The position numbers and the translations under genes are program-made. The notes beneath the pieces were generated by a model, which was not told where the DNA came from, did no database searches, and worked only from the letters and a program-made list of their open reading frames with translations. Below, in pieces: positions 19,472 through 29,809 of a stretch of 64,000 nt of DNA. Numbering within the stretch: the stretch's first letter is position 1; the number at the start of each line of letters is the position of its first letter. Source of the DNA: an uncultured Smithella sp. (GTDB taxonomy: Bacteria; Desulfobacterota; Syntrophia; Syntrophales; Smithellaceae); contig CAYMYR010000002.1 in assembly GCA_964394715.1 (NCBI GenBank), positions 21,867-85,866 of the forward strand, given 5' to 3'.

Positions 19472-21694
19472 ATGAAGATTAAAAAAAAATCTATAAAATC
19501 CTATGTCGATGAGAGGGAATTAAGAAAGCGACGGCGTGAACGCATCATCATGCTGGTTGTCGGTTTTCTGGCAATCGCTTTTACCATTCTGGCCAGTCAG
19601 TTTTCCGACAGGGGAGATCTTCCTATTTCGGCGAACATTTTAGTCTATGGCCTGACCAGTATTAATATCATCCTGATTCTGCTTTTAATTTTCCTCATTG
19701 TCCGCAATATTTTTAAATTATTTTCCGAGCGGCGCAAAGGCGTTATCGGATCCAAGTTACGAACCAAACTGGTTGTCGCGTTTGTCGGTCTTTCCCTGGT
19801 TCCGACGATTCTACTTTTTCTGTTTGCCATCAACTTTCTTTCTTATTCCATCGAATTCTGGTTCAATATCAAAATTGGCGATGCTTTGAACCGGTCGCTG
19901 GAAGTTGCCCAGCTTTACTACACTCAAGCCGAGGAGATGGCCAAGTTCAATGCCCGTCAAATCAGTGCGGATATTACCAAAAACCGCCTTTACGAAGATG
20001 ACAAAGCTGAATATTTAAACAGTTTACTCTCGCAGCGCCAGAAAAATTACAAAGTAGGTAAAGTGGAAGCATTTTTTGATTTTAAAAAGGAAAGCATTGT
20101 TTTTGCCGACGCTGAAAACCCATCGCTGCCTGCCATTGAGCTGTCCCCGAAAATGCTGGAGGATATCTACTCCGGCAAAGAAGTATCTACGATTGTTCCC
20201 ACCAGTATAGGGGAGTCGATTGTGGGCATCGTACCGGTTTTTTCCTATGCCGTTCCGACGGAAGTGATCGGCCGCGTTTCCATCAGCTACAGTGTGCCCC
20301 AGGGATTTGTCGATAAACTGCGCAGTATTGCCAATGCCTCTGAACAGTATGGTCAGATCAAGCTTCTGAAAAATCCGATCAAGTTTAATTACATTGTAAC
20401 CCTGTCTATTGTGACCCTGGTAATCATCTTTCTGGCTACCTGGTTCGGGCTTTCACTTGCACAGACCATCACGAACCCGATTCAGGACCTTGTGTCGGCG
20501 ACAAACAGAATCACGCAGGGGGATCTGACGAGCCGCATTGACATTGATGCCGATGACGAGATTGGCCTTCTGGTTAAATCGTTTAACCACATGACGGAAG
20601 ATTTGCAGAAAAGCAAATCGGGTCTGATCGAGGCAAATATTTCCCTGGAAGAGCGCCGTAAATACATGGCTGCTGTCTTAAGAAATGTTTCCGCGGGCAT
20701 TATCTCTGTGGATAAAAATGACATGATTACGACAATCAACCGCGCGGCGGAGTCCATGTTTGATATTGACGCTTCTCAATATTTATTCCGGAACTACCGG
20801 GAGCTTTTGCTTGAAGAACATATTGCCCTGGTGGATTCTTTCCTTCTGGAGATGAAGGAGAATAATGAGCGGATACTGCAAAAACAGTTGGAATTGACGC
20901 TGCGCGACAGATCGTTGACCATTCTGCTGACGATCACCACTATTGAAGATGAAGAAGGGAAGGATTCGGGCATCGTTATCGTGTTTGAGGATTTGACGGA
21001 ATTACAGAAGGCAGAACGAGCCGCGGCCTGGCGGGAAGTGGCCAGACGTATGGCGCATGAAATTAAGAATCCGCTCACGCCCGTCCAGCTCTCCGCGCAG
21101 AGGCTTCAGCGCAAATATGGAGAAAAACTGGGCACAGAAGATAAGGTTTTTAAAGAGTGTACACAAACCATCATTGATCAGGTGGAGGTGCTTAAAAATC
21201 TGGTCAACGAATTTTCGCGCTATGCGCGCATGCCGGTGACCACGCTTGCCCTCAATGATCTTAATTCGGTTGTATCCGAGGCGGTGACTCTTTTTGTGGA
21301 CGCGCACAAGGACATTCATTTTGAGTTCCGGCCGGCGGACGGATTGCCGAAATTCAATCTGGATGCCGAACAGATCAACCGGGTGATGATCAACCTGCTG
21401 GATAACGCGGTAGCATCCATCAATAAGAAAACAGGGCATATCGGGGTCATTATCCGCTATGACGAGTCGCGCAGGAAGGTAACCGTTGCGGTTGCCGATG
21501 ACGGAGCGGGCGTGCCGGCAAGCTACAAGCGCAAGGTGTTCGAACCTTACTTTTCAACCAAGAAAGCGGGGACGGGACTCGGACTGGCGATTGTCAGCTC
21601 GATTATATCCGACCATAAAGGTGAGGTCACCGTAAGTGACAACTATCCGACGGGAACCATTGTATCTTTTCAGTTGCCGGTCGGGGATGTTTGA
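19472..21694 (+). CDS. ntrY: NtrY-type sensor histidine kinase (TM-HAMP-PAS-HisKA-HATPase)
   Basis: N-terminal TM helices, a HAMP region (ITNPIQDLVSATNRITQGDL), H-box MAHEIKNPLTPVQLSAQRL, N-box NLLDNA, and G-box DDGAGV / GTGLGLAIV. Confidence 0.88.
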   Translation: MKIKKKSIKSYVDERELRKRRRERIIMLVVGFLAIAFTILASQFSDRGDLPISANILVYGLTSINIILILLLIFLIVRNIFKLFSERRKGVIGSKLRTKLVVAFVGLSLVPTILLFLFAINFLSYSIEFWFNIKIGDALNRSLEVAQLYYTQAEEMAKFNARQISADITKNRLYEDDKAEYLNSLLSQRQKNYKVGKVEAFFDFKKESIVFADAENPSLPAIELSPKMLEDIYSGKEVSTIVPTSIGESIVGIVPVFSYAVPTEVIGRVSISYSVPQGFVDKLRSIANASEQYGQIKLLKNPIKFNYIVTLSIVTLVIIFLATWFGLSLAQTITNPIQDLVSATNRITQGDLTSRIDIDADDEIGLLVKSFNHMTEDLQKSKSGLIEANISLEERRKYMAAVLRNVSAGIISVDKNDMITTINRAAESMFDIDASQYLFRNYRELLLEEHIALVDSFLLEMKENNERILQKQLELTLRDRSLTILLTITTIEDEEGKDSGIVIVFEDLTELQKAERAAAWREVARRMAHEIKNPLTPVQLSAQRLQRKYGEKLGTEDKVFKECTQTIIDQVEVLKNLVNEFSRYARMPVTTLALNDLNSVVSEAVTLFVDAHKDIHFEFRPADGLPKFNLDAEQINRVMINLLDNAVASINKKTGHIGVIIRYDESRRKVTVAVADDGAGVPASYKRKVFEPYFSTKKAGTGLGLAIVSSIISDHKGEVTVSDNYPTGTIVSFQLPVGDV

Positions 21695-21726
21695 TATAAA
21701 AGTAAAAATGGTATTGAGAGATTCTT

Positions 21727-23097
21727 ATGAATGAAACGATTCTTATTGTCGATGATGAAGTCGCGATTTGTCAGTCCCTGAAAGCCATCCTGGAGGACGA
21801 AGGCTATCAGGTGCTGGTTGCAGGCAGCGGGGAAGAGGCTGTGAACATTGTGGCTGAAGAAATGCCTCAGCTTGTCCTGCTGGACATCTGGCTGCCCGGT
21901 ATGGACGGGCTGGATACCCTTAAAACCATCCATGCCGCCCATCCGAATGTCCTGGTGATCATGATGTCCGGCCACGGTAACATTGAAACAGCGGTAAAAG
22001 CGACTAAACTGGGCGCTTTTGATTTCATTGAGAAACCCCTGTCACTCGATAAGGTGATCATTCTGGTAAACAACGCACTCAATGTTGTCCGCCTGGAAGA
22101 GGAAAACATACTGCTTAAGCAGAAGGTGTCGCATCAGTATGAATTGACGGGGGTCAGTCAGGTTGTTAACGACCTCAAGGAAATGATCAGTATTGTTGCG
22201 CCAACCAATGCCTGGATTTTGATTATGGGTGAGAACGGTACCGGAAAGGAACTGGTGGCCCGTTCCATTCACCATTTAAGCCGCCGGTCGCACAAACCTA
22301 TTGTAGAAGTCAACTGTGCGGCGATCCCGGAGGAACTCATCGAGAGTGAATTGTTCGGACATGAAAAAGGCGCATTTACCGGCGCAACCGAAAAAAAACG
22401 CGGAAAATTTGATCTGGCCCATGAAGGAACGATTTTTCTCGATGAAGTTGCGGATATGAGCCTCAAGGCTCAGGCAAAAATTTTACGTATTCTGCAGGAG
22501 AAGAAATTCGAGCGGGTCGGCGGCAATAAAGTTATCGATATGGATGTGCGTGTTCTTGCCGCAACCAACAAAGACCTTGAAATAGAAATGGAGGCAGGCC
22601 GCTTCCGGCAGGATTTATATTACCGTCTGCACGTTATTCCGCTGCGCGTGCCCCCGCTGCGTGAGCGAAAAGATGATATTCCACTCCTGACGGAGCGTTT
22701 CCTCCAGGATTTCGCCACGAAGGAAGGCGAACCGCCGAAGAGACTGACGGCGGGTGCCCTGGAAAAACTGATGACTCATAACTGGCCCGGCAATGTACGC
22801 GAATTGAAAAACATTATTGAGAGATTGATTATTTTGACGCCGACCAATGAAATCAATGAGGATGATATTCCTGAACTCAGCTTAAGGAATGAGCCCGGTT
22901 TGGCGCAAACGGAAACCCTCCCCGCCGTTGATTCTTTAAGAGATGCAAGGCTGGATTTTGAAAGGCAGTTCATTATCAAAAAACTTGAAGAGCACGACGG
23001 AAATATTTCAAAGACAGCGGAAGCCATCGGCCTGGAACGAAGCAATCTGCACAAAAAACTTAAAAGCCTGAAAGTGACAACCAAGGAACAAGGATAA
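21727..23097 (+). CDS. Sigma54-dependent response regulator (NtrC/NtrX family)
   Basis: REC domain (ILIVDDE ... LLDIWLPGMDG), AAA+ Walker A GENGTGKE, GAFTGA loop ESELFGHEKGAFTGA, and a C-terminal Fis-type HTH. Confidence 0.93.
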   Translation: MNETILIVDDEVAICQSLKAILEDEGYQVLVAGSGEEAVNIVAEEMPQLVLLDIWLPGMDGLDTLKTIHAAHPNVLVIMMSGHGNIETAVKATKLGAFDFIEKPLSLDKVIILVNNALNVVRLEEENILLKQKVSHQYELTGVSQVVNDLKEMISIVAPTNAWILIMGENGTGKELVARSIHHLSRRSHKPIVEVNCAAIPEELIESELFGHEKGAFTGATEKKRGKFDLAHEGTIFLDEVADMSLKAQAKILRILQEKKFERVGGNKVIDMDVRVLAATNKDLEIEMEAGRFRQDLYYRLHVIPLRVPPLRERKDDIPLLTERFLQDFATKEGEPPKRLTAGALEKLMTHNWPGNVRELKNIIERLIILTPTNEINEDDIPELSLRNEPGLAQTETLPAVDSLRDARLDFERQFIIKKLEEHDGNISKTAEAIGLERSNLHKKLKSLKVTTKEQG

Positions 23098-23128
23098 AGG
23101 CTCAACAATATCCGTTAACCTTGTTCCT

Positions 23129-24133
23129 TTATCCTTTACCCTTTATCCTTGCTTCTTGATCCTCTCCCATCTGTCCTGTCAGGTCTGAAAGCGAAAACTT
23201 ATTGAAAGGCAGAAAGGATACACCCAGGATCACCACAACAATCATGGATATAAAGTGATAAACGAGGGCAAAGGAAAATGCTTCCGGTTTGGCAATACCG
23301 AAAAGTCCCAACCCCAGGATACAGGCATAATGCCAGTTGCCGATGAATCCCGGTGCAGTGGGGATCGCGATTCCCGCGATGAGAATGACCATGATGACGA
23401 AGGCCGCCAGAAGCGGCAGGTTAAAACCGAAAGCCAGAAACAGCGAATAAATCACTCCGGCATCCACAACCCAGACCACTATGGACAAAAAAAGCAAATA
23501 CAGAAGCCTTTTGACATCGGTAACGACTTGAAAGCCGTCAATGAAATGGTGGATGACACTCATGATTTTCTGCGACAGCCTGTCGGGCAGCAGTTGCAGA
23601 ATCCGGTCAATGATTTTCACGGCGGCTTCTCTTCGCCAGACCAATCCAATAATGAAAGCAATGATCAGCACGGTGATGGCGAAAAAAAGAATACCGGATT
23701 TAATCATCCAGGAAGGCAAGTCCTGCAGGATGAGCACAGCAATCGTTATGGTCAGAACCGAAAGACTGTCCAGCACTCTTTCCACAACGATCGTACCGAA
23801 TGCCGATGACATTTTTATGGGACTTTTTTTTGATATCAGAAAGGGCCTGGCCAGTTCACCGATCCTGGCGGGAATTGCGACAATGGCAAGAAAACCGACG
23901 CTGGTTACGGAAAAAAGAGTCACCTGATCAATCTTTTCCATCGGCTGAAGGATCACTCCCCAACGATAAGATCGCAATGCCTGCATGAGGACAATTAAAA
24001 AAAGAGACACGGCCGTATAGCCAAGATCGACTTTCTTTAAATGGAGAATGGTTTCGTTGAAGTCAATCCCACGTACCGAAAAGTAGATCAGAACGATGCC
24101 GAGCACGATACCGAAAATAAGTTTTTTATTCAT
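23129..24133 (-). CDS. UPF0104 / lysylphosphatidylglycerol-synthase transmembrane-region family membrane protein
   Basis: Polytopic membrane protein with LRSYRWGVIL near the N-terminus, typical of the flippase-like UPF0104 family. Confidence 0.65.
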   Translation of the reverse strand: MNKKLIFGIVLGIVLIYFSVRGIDFNETILHLKKVDLGYTAVSLFLIVLMQALRSYRWGVILQPMEKIDQVTLFSVTSVGFLAIVAIPARIGELARPFLISKKSPIKMSSAFGTIVVERVLDSLSVLTITIAVLILQDLPSWMIKSGILFFAITVLIIAFIIGLVWRREAAVKIIDRILQLLPDRLSQKIMSVIHHFIDGFQVVTDVKRLLYLLFLSIVVWVVDAGVIYSLFLAFGFNLPLLAAFVIMVILIAGIAIPTAPGFIGNWHYACILGLGLFGIAKPEAFSFALVYHFISMIVVVILGVSFLPFNKFSLSDLTGQMGEDQEARIKGKG

Positions 24134-24171
24134 GTGGATGCCGGGCCGGTCCTTATTTTTATAGGGGTAAA

Positions 24172-24576
24172 TCAGCTTTTGGACAGGTTTTCGGCAATTT
24201 TGTCATGAAGAAGCTGGGAAGACATTTTATTGCCAACCAGTCCCACGCGAATACCGACAGAGGTTTGATTTTTTGACCGGTAGGTAATATCGAACTTGAC
24301 CTTTTCATCATTGATGATTGCCGTGATCTTTCCCTGCGCAATTTCTTTTACGGGTTGAACTTCCGTACCATGCATATCAGCGACTGTTTTTTCGCACGCG
24401 CTCCACACCTGGTCGAATGAAGCAATGTAGTCGGTCTTCAGTTCTCCGTTCACATAGAAATAAGTCCCCGTGCCCGCGCCGATTGCCGCGCCTCCGATGA
24501 GCACGGCCGTGGCACAACCTGATAAAAGAAAAAGAAGGAATATACAGATAATGAGACGATATTTATGATGTTTCAT
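24172..24576 (-). CDS. DUF3568-like lipoprotein
   Basis: Lipobox LLSGC followed by a Gly/Ala-rich segment AVLIGGAAIGAGTGTYFYVNGELKTDY. Confidence 0.6.
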   Translation of the reverse strand: MKHHKYRLIICIFLLFLLSGCATAVLIGGAAIGAGTGTYFYVNGELKTDYIASFDQVWSACEKTVADMHGTEVQPVKEIAQGKITAIINDEKVKFDITYRSKNQTSVGIRVGLVGNKMSSQLLHDKIAENLSKS

Positions 24577-24656
24577 ATTTATCCCTCCGGATCATTCTAT
24601 TGATTCGGGTTTAAACATATTGCGGCATGGATTGCAACTTTATATTACGCGGAATG

Positions 24657-25733
24657 TTACGGGCTAATCTTTTCAAATTCCCTTAATAAATCTTCCTGTT
24701 TTCTCGATAAATCAGTTGGAATTTCCACAAAGACTTCAATGATCTGATCTCCGCGTCCATAGCCCTGCAAATGAGGGATGCCTTTGCCTTTGAGACGGAA
24801 AGCCCGACCGTTTTGTGTGCCTCTGGGAATTTTAATTTTTTCGGTATCTTTTAGGGTTGGCACTTCAATGGTTGCGCCAAGTGCAGCCTGAACGAAGGAT
24901 ATGGGAACCCGGCAGATAATATCATCTTCGGAGCGCACAAAAAAATCATGTTCTTCAACCTGTAAAAAAACATACAAATCACCGCTTGGGCCTCCCTGTT
25001 CTCCGGATTCTCCTTCACCCCGCAGACGCAGCCGGGAGCCTGTTTCGACTCCGGCGGGTATTTTCAGTTCAACGGATTTTCGCTGTTTTTCTTTTCCCGT
25101 TCCCCTGCATTCGTGGCAGGGTTTGGCGATGAATTTTCCCTGTCCGTGACAATGGGGGCAGGTGGAACTGATGGTGAAAAAACCGCTTGATTGAAGCACC
25201 TGGCCTCTGCCTTGACAGGTCGGGCAGGTCGTGGGCGAGGTTCCGGCAGCGGCTCCTGTTCCCTGGCAGGAATGGCAGGTATAAAATTTCTCCAGTTCAA
25301 TGGTTTTGGTGATCCCGAACGCAGCATCAAGGAAAGATATTTTTAAGTCGTAGCGTAAATCAGCACCGGCCCTCGCTGCCTGCCTTGTTCTGCCGCGTCT
25401 CCGCGTGTGTCCAAAGCCAAAGACATCTTCAAAAATGTCTCCAAAATTTGAGAAGACATCGTCAAAACCGCTGAAGCCCTGAAATCCTGTGTTGTTCAGA
25501 CCGGCATGGCCGTAGTGGTCGTAAATTTCTCTTTTTTGTCTGTCGCTTAACACTTCATAGGCTTCGGCGGCTTCCTTGAATCGTTCCTCCGCTTTTTTGT
25601 CTCCCGGATTTTTGTCGGGATGACACTGCATGGCGATTTTCCTGTAATTTCTTTTCAGTTCTTCATCGGATGCCGTTTTGGAAACGCCCAGAATTTCGTA
25701 ATAATCCCTCTTGGTCATGCGCTCTGTTTTCAT
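24657..25733 (-). CDS. dnaJ: Molecular chaperone DnaJ (type I, with a 4x CxxCxGxG zinc finger)
   Basis: J domain [36 protein letters not shown], a G/F region, and [32 protein letters not shown]. An alternative start at 25718 gives [11 protein letters not shown]. Confidence 0.93.
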   Translation of the reverse strand: MKTERMTKRDYYEILGVSKTASDEELKRNYRKIAMQCHPDKNPGDKKAEERFKEAAEAYEVLSDRQKREIYDHYGHAGLNNTGFQGFSGFDDVFSNFGDIFEDVFGFGHTRRRGRTRQAARAGADLRYDLKISFLDAAFGITKTIELEKFYTCHSCQGTGAAAGTSPTTCPTCQGRGQVLQSSGFFTISSTCPHCHGQGKFIAKPCHECRGTGKEKQRKSVELKIPAGVETGSRLRLRGEGESGEQGGPSGDLYVFLQVEEHDFFVRSEDDIICRVPISFVQAALGATIEVPTLKDTEKIKIPRGTQNGRAFRLKGKGIPHLQGYGRGDQIIEVFVEIPTDLSRKQEDLLREFEKISP

Positions 25734-26113
25734 TCCTCCGGTTTCATCTTTGTGGCAAGCGCGTTTAGCAACTCTGTATTATTGGTTTTCTCCAGGGCCT
25801 TTTTTGCAAAGGCGAATTTCTTAAGTTCCACAGCCCTGCGGGCAATATCTTCCCAGTCAGCGGACCGAAGTTCAGCGCCCTGTGCTTTGGCCGCGCCGTG
25901 AAAAAGAAACGCATCGCCATTTTTAAAGGCGATTTCCCTAATTTTCTTCAATCCTTCCTGATGCCCGGCCCTGGCATAAAATTCCAGAGCATCGGAAAGG
26001 GCTCCCGCCTCAAAAAACAGATCACCGTAATGGATCAGTGTTGTGGCGGGTGTCTTATCTATGTATAATATTTTTTGTTTTAGTCGGTAATCCGGCAGTT
26101 TTCCTTTGCTCAA
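25730..26113 (-). CDS. Hypothetical 127-aa helical protein, translationally coupled to dnaJ
   Basis: TTG start with GGAGGA 6 nt upstream. The stop TGA overlaps the dnaJ ATG (ATGA). No motif was recognised. Confidence 0.55.
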   Translation of the reverse strand: MSKGKLPDYRLKQKILYIDKTPATTLIHYGDLFFEAGALSDALEFYARAGHQEGLKKIREIAFKNGDAFLFHGAAKAQGAELRSADWEDIARRAVELKKFAFAKKALEKTNNTELLNALATKMKPEE

Positions 26114-26200
26114 GGAATTCCTCCTCAGAAAAATGAAGCCGTGCGGATAAACACGGCGTAATTTAATAACGGTTTGATTTCTGTCAATGGTAAGAAAATA

Positions 26201-27082
26201 TTATTTTACCAGCCGCGTGAAAGCCTCCTCGTATTTTGCCCTGGTTTTTTCAATAATGTCTTGCGGTAATGCGGGTGCCGGAGGTTTCTGATTCCAGTGA
26301 ATGGAAAGAAGATAATCGCGAAGAAACTGCTTGTCATAGCTTTTTTGTGACCGGCCTTCTTCATAATCGTCAGCCGGCCAGAATCTTGAGGAGTCCGGTG
26401 TCAGTAATTCGTCAATCAGAATCAGCTCATCACCAATCAGGCCAAACTCCATTTTTGTGTCTGCGATAATAATGCCTGCTTTTAATGCAATGGATGCGGC
26501 TCGTTCGTAGATGTCGATTGATTTTTCTATGATTCTGGCGGTGAGATCGGCGCCGATGAGATCTTCCATTTCGGAATGGGTTATGGGCGCATCGTGCTCA
26601 CCCTGGGGCGCCTTGGTAGTCGGCGTGAAAAGAGGTTGAGGAAGCTTGCACGATTCTTTCAAGCCTTCCGGCAGTTTGATTCCGGAAACGGACTGGCAGC
26701 GGCGGTATTCGTTCCATCCGGAACCGGAAAGATATCCCCGCGTGATGCATTCAACGGGAAGCGGTGTCGCATCTTTTACCAGCATGCTGCGTCCTTTCAG
26801 ATCTTCCAGGTAAGGTGCGCATTCGTGCGGAAAATCAGCGGCTTCAGCGGAAATGATATGGTTGTCGATAATATCTCTCATCTGTTTGAACCAGAAGACA
26901 GACATCTGGTTCAATATGATACCTTTGCCTGGAATGGGATCTGACATGATGACGTCGAATGCGGAAATCCGGTCAGTGGCTACCAGCAGAAGAGCATCTT
27001 TTACAGTATAGAGGTCACGCACTTTTCCGCGCTTGATCAGTTTTAGTTTGGGGAACTCCGTGCGGAAAATACTTTTTGTCAT
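26201..27082 (-). CDS. purC: Phosphoribosylaminoimidazole-succinocarboxamide synthase
   Basis: LIKRGKVRDLYTVKDALLLVATDRISAFDVIM and DTKMEFGL are canonical for the long-form PurC. Confidence 0.93.
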   Translation of the reverse strand: MTKSIFRTEFPKLKLIKRGKVRDLYTVKDALLLVATDRISAFDVIMSDPIPGKGIILNQMSVFWFKQMRDIIDNHIISAEAADFPHECAPYLEDLKGRSMLVKDATPLPVECITRGYLSGSGWNEYRRCQSVSGIKLPEGLKESCKLPQPLFTPTTKAPQGEHDAPITHSEMEDLIGADLTARIIEKSIDIYERAASIALKAGIIIADTKMEFGLIGDELILIDELLTPDSSRFWPADDYEEGRSQKSYDKQFLRDYLLSIHWNQKPPAPALPQDIIEKTRAKYEEAFTRLVK

Positions 27083-27096
27083 GTTCTCACACTCCT

Positions 27097-27726
27097 TTAT
27101 CGAATGGAAGGGTTGTATTTTTTTTCATGACCGATCGTGGACGTTGGCGTCCTTCCGTAATTATGGCCGGGCATAACTCTGGTCTCGTCCGGTAGAGTGA
27201 AAAGCCTGCCCTGAATGGCGTTATACAACGTCTGCCAGGAGCCTCCCGGCAGATCCGTGCGGCCGACGGCCTCCACAAAGAGAGTGTCTCCTGTAAAGAC
27301 ATAACCGGGTGTATAAAGGCATATCCCCCCAGGAGAATGACCGGGTGTATGGATAACTTTCAATTCCACATTACCCACAGAAATGATCTGACCATCCTGA
27401 ACCAGAAGATCGGGAGGGGGCGATTGTTTCGCGCCGAACATGCGAAGCATGGCTTGCGGCGTGGAAGTAAGCATTACAGCATCGTCCTGATGTACAATGA
27501 TTTTTGCCCCGGTCAGTTTTTTCATGTCGGCATTGCCTCCGATATGATCCACATGACCGTGTGTGTTGACAATGTAGTTGATCCGTAAACCATTTTTTGC
27601 TGCCAAGGCGATAAGATCATGGACATTGTCGGCCGGGTCGATGACCAGCGCATCTCCGGTGATGGAATCCCCGACGAGATACGCGAAAACAGCCATCTGG
27701 CCTACCTGTATTTGCTGAACAAACAT
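27097..27726 (-). CDS. MBL-fold metallo-hydrolase (glyoxalase II-like)
   Basis: NTHGHVDHIGGN metal motif and TPGHSPGG. Confidence 0.85.
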   Translation of the reverse strand: MFVQQIQVGQMAVFAYLVGDSITGDALVIDPADNVHDLIALAAKNGLRINYIVNTHGHVDHIGGNADMKKLTGAKIIVHQDDAVMLTSTPQAMLRMFGAKQSPPPDLLVQDGQIISVGNVELKVIHTPGHSPGGICLYTPGYVFTGDTLFVEAVGRTDLPGGSWQTLYNAIQGRLFTLPDETRVMPGHNYGRTPTSTIGHEKKYNPSIR

Positions 27727-27784
27727 GACCGCTCCTTTAAAAATATGGAATGACCACTAGCATTATTTTGTTTGATTCGTCAAT

Positions 27785-29131
27785 TTAAATCCTGCGTTTT
27801 AAAAGAGAGCAGAAGAAACCATCCATGAAATGGCGGTGTGGGTAAGTCCTTAAAAAACCTCGACTATCCATTAGTGGTTCAAAAAAGTCAGTTGATGGAT
27901 GAATGACGGAAAAATCCGGATGAGCCTTTAAAAAGTGTCCGATCACTTCTTCATTTTCACAAGACAGCAAGGAGCAGGTGCAATAAATCAGATGACCTCC
28001 CTTTTTCACGGTATCTGAAGCATTGTGCAATATGGATTTCTGGTTTTTCGTAAATTCATTGAGATCAGAAGCCTTAAGCCTCCACTTGATTTCCGGATTG
28101 CGTCGCAGTGTGCCGGTTCCCGAACAGGGCGCATCCACCAGCACATGATCAAATCTCCGGGAATATTCAACGGGCAGCCGGTGCTTCAGGTCGGCCTGCA
28201 CGGGCTCGATGATCGAAACACCCATTCTTGCAGCCTCTTTTGTTAATTGTGTGATTTTTCCCCGATCGCGATCCAGAGCCGTGATCCTTCCGCAATTATT
28301 CATCATGGCGGCCAGATGCATGGTTTTACCGCCGGTTCCCGAACAGGCATCTAAAACATTTTCGTTTCTTTCGGGGGCCACCAGGCAGGAAACCAGCTGC
28401 GCCGCCTCGTCCTGCAACCGTAAAAGGCCTTCATGAAAAAAAATCGTTTTTTGGATGGGCATGGGAGAATCGGATAGGTTGATGCCATAGGGTGAAAACC
28501 TGGTTTTGATACAACTGAACTTATCGGCATTGAGCTTTTCCAATAGCTCGTCTCTTGAGATTTTCATGTTGTTGGTGCGGACAGTCATTGGTGGTAATTC
28601 ATTATTGGCGCGACAAAGAGCAAGGGTCTCTTCTTTCCCGTAAACATTCAGCCATAAGTCAACCAGCCATAAAGGGTGAGAGTGAAATGCGGCGATGTGG
28701 AGAGCGGAATTTTCATCCAAAGAGGGGAAAAAAGTTTTATCCGGGCTGCGCAGGTAGCTTCTCAATAGGGCGTTGGTCAATGCGGCTGCGGCCGGAGTGG
28801 TATCTTTTGCGATTTTGACTGCTTCATTCACGGCGGCGAAAGCCGGAAGACGTTCGCTGAATTTGAGCTGATACAGCCCGGTGCGCAGAATGTTTTTGAC
28901 GCTTTCCTCCATCCCGGCATAATCTCCGCGATAAAGCTGCGCAAGGATCCAGTCCAGATGCCCACGCATGCGCAAAACGCCGTAAACCAGATGCGTGAGG
29001 AGCCGTCCGTCTGCCGTTCCGGAAAGATTCTTCCGGTCGAGTTGCGTATCAATCAAATTTCCGGCAAAGGATTCATTTTGTGAAACCGAATTTAAAATAT
29101 CAACGGCCTGACGGCGGATTGTTTTCTTCAT
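27785..29131 (-). CDS. rsmB: 16S rRNA (cytosine967-C5)-methyltransferase
   Basis: N-terminal NusB-like domain, then DACSGTGGKT, VDAPCSGTGTLRRNPE and YCTCS. Confidence 0.9.
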   Translation of the reverse strand: MKKTIRRQAVDILNSVSQNESFAGNLIDTQLDRKNLSGTADGRLLTHLVYGVLRMRGHLDWILAQLYRGDYAGMEESVKNILRTGLYQLKFSERLPAFAAVNEAVKIAKDTTPAAAALTNALLRSYLRSPDKTFFPSLDENSALHIAAFHSHPLWLVDLWLNVYGKEETLALCRANNELPPMTVRTNNMKISRDELLEKLNADKFSCIKTRFSPYGINLSDSPMPIQKTIFFHEGLLRLQDEAAQLVSCLVAPERNENVLDACSGTGGKTMHLAAMMNNCGRITALDRDRGKITQLTKEAARMGVSIIEPVQADLKHRLPVEYSRRFDHVLVDAPCSGTGTLRRNPEIKWRLKASDLNEFTKNQKSILHNASDTVKKGGHLIYCTCSLLSCENEEVIGHFLKAHPDFSVIHPSTDFFEPLMDSRGFLRTYPHRHFMDGFFCSLLKRRI

Positions 29132-29730
29132 GATTTTGTACGAATGACCACGGGACTTGCTTTGTCCGGATATTTCCCTTTAACGGTACCGTAAAACGCG
29201 CCTATCTTCTCCATATCCCGTTCGAGATCGTTGCTGGGATAGATCAACGGACCCGCTCCACCTGTTTTGGTTGAATAATCGAGGAAAGCCAGCTGAACAG
29301 GAACATGGGCATTTTCGGCAATATGGTAAAATCCTGATTTCCATCCCTTTGCCTTGTGACGGGTGCCCTCGGGGGCAATGGCAAGAATGAATTTTTCGTT
29401 TTTATTGAATAGGTCTGTCATTTGCTCCACGGTGCGGCTTTTTGAGCCTCGATCAACGGGGATCCCTCCCATCCATTTCATCAGCAGTCCAAAAGGCATT
29501 CGGAATAATTCTTTTTTTGCAATGAAGCGGGGATCCAGCCTGAATGCAAAAGCGAGAATGGCACCATAAAACACGTCCCAGGCTGATGTATGCGGCGCAA
29601 CGATTACAACAAATTTTTTCTCATCGGGAAGCCGTCCCGCTTTTTTCCATCCCAGTATTTTTATAAAAAAAAGGGATATCCCAAGCATTAAATGCTTTAA
29701 AACCGGTGTATTGAAAATTGTATGACGCAT
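29128..29730 (-). CDS. Lysophospholipid (1-acyl-glycerol-3-phosphate type) acyltransferase family protein
   Basis: HX4D motif APHTSAWD and the later block APEGTR. The stop overlaps the rsmB start (ATGA). Confidence 0.75.
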   Translation of the reverse strand: MRHTIFNTPVLKHLMLGISLFFIKILGWKKAGRLPDEKKFVVIVAPHTSAWDVFYGAILAFAFRLDPRFIAKKELFRMPFGLLMKWMGGIPVDRGSKSRTVEQMTDLFNKNEKFILAIAPEGTRHKAKGWKSGFYHIAENAHVPVQLAFLDYSTKTGGAGPLIYPSNDLERDMEKIGAFYGTVKGKYPDKASPVVIRTKS

Positions 29731-29809
29731 CAGGCGAGTCTCCTGGCAAACCGATTTGTTTTATTAAAAAACACAGGTAAAAAAACAGCGAATCGTTTTT
29801 TATTTTTCT

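Noticed and set aside
23083-23129. 11-bp inverted repeat AAGGAACAAGG / CCTTGTTCCTT between the convergent regulator and UPF0104 genes as a bidirectional terminator
   Set aside because: The loop is 25 nt, there is no clean U-run, and both arms overlap coding sequence. This is possibly coincidental, since the flanking CCTTTATCC repeats encode the KGKG C-terminus.
24657-26200. CIRCE or other heat-shock operator upstream of dnaJ
   Set aside because: No TTAGCACTC-N9-GAGTGCTAA-like inverted repeat is present. Only a generic hairpin is seen, and it is reported separately.
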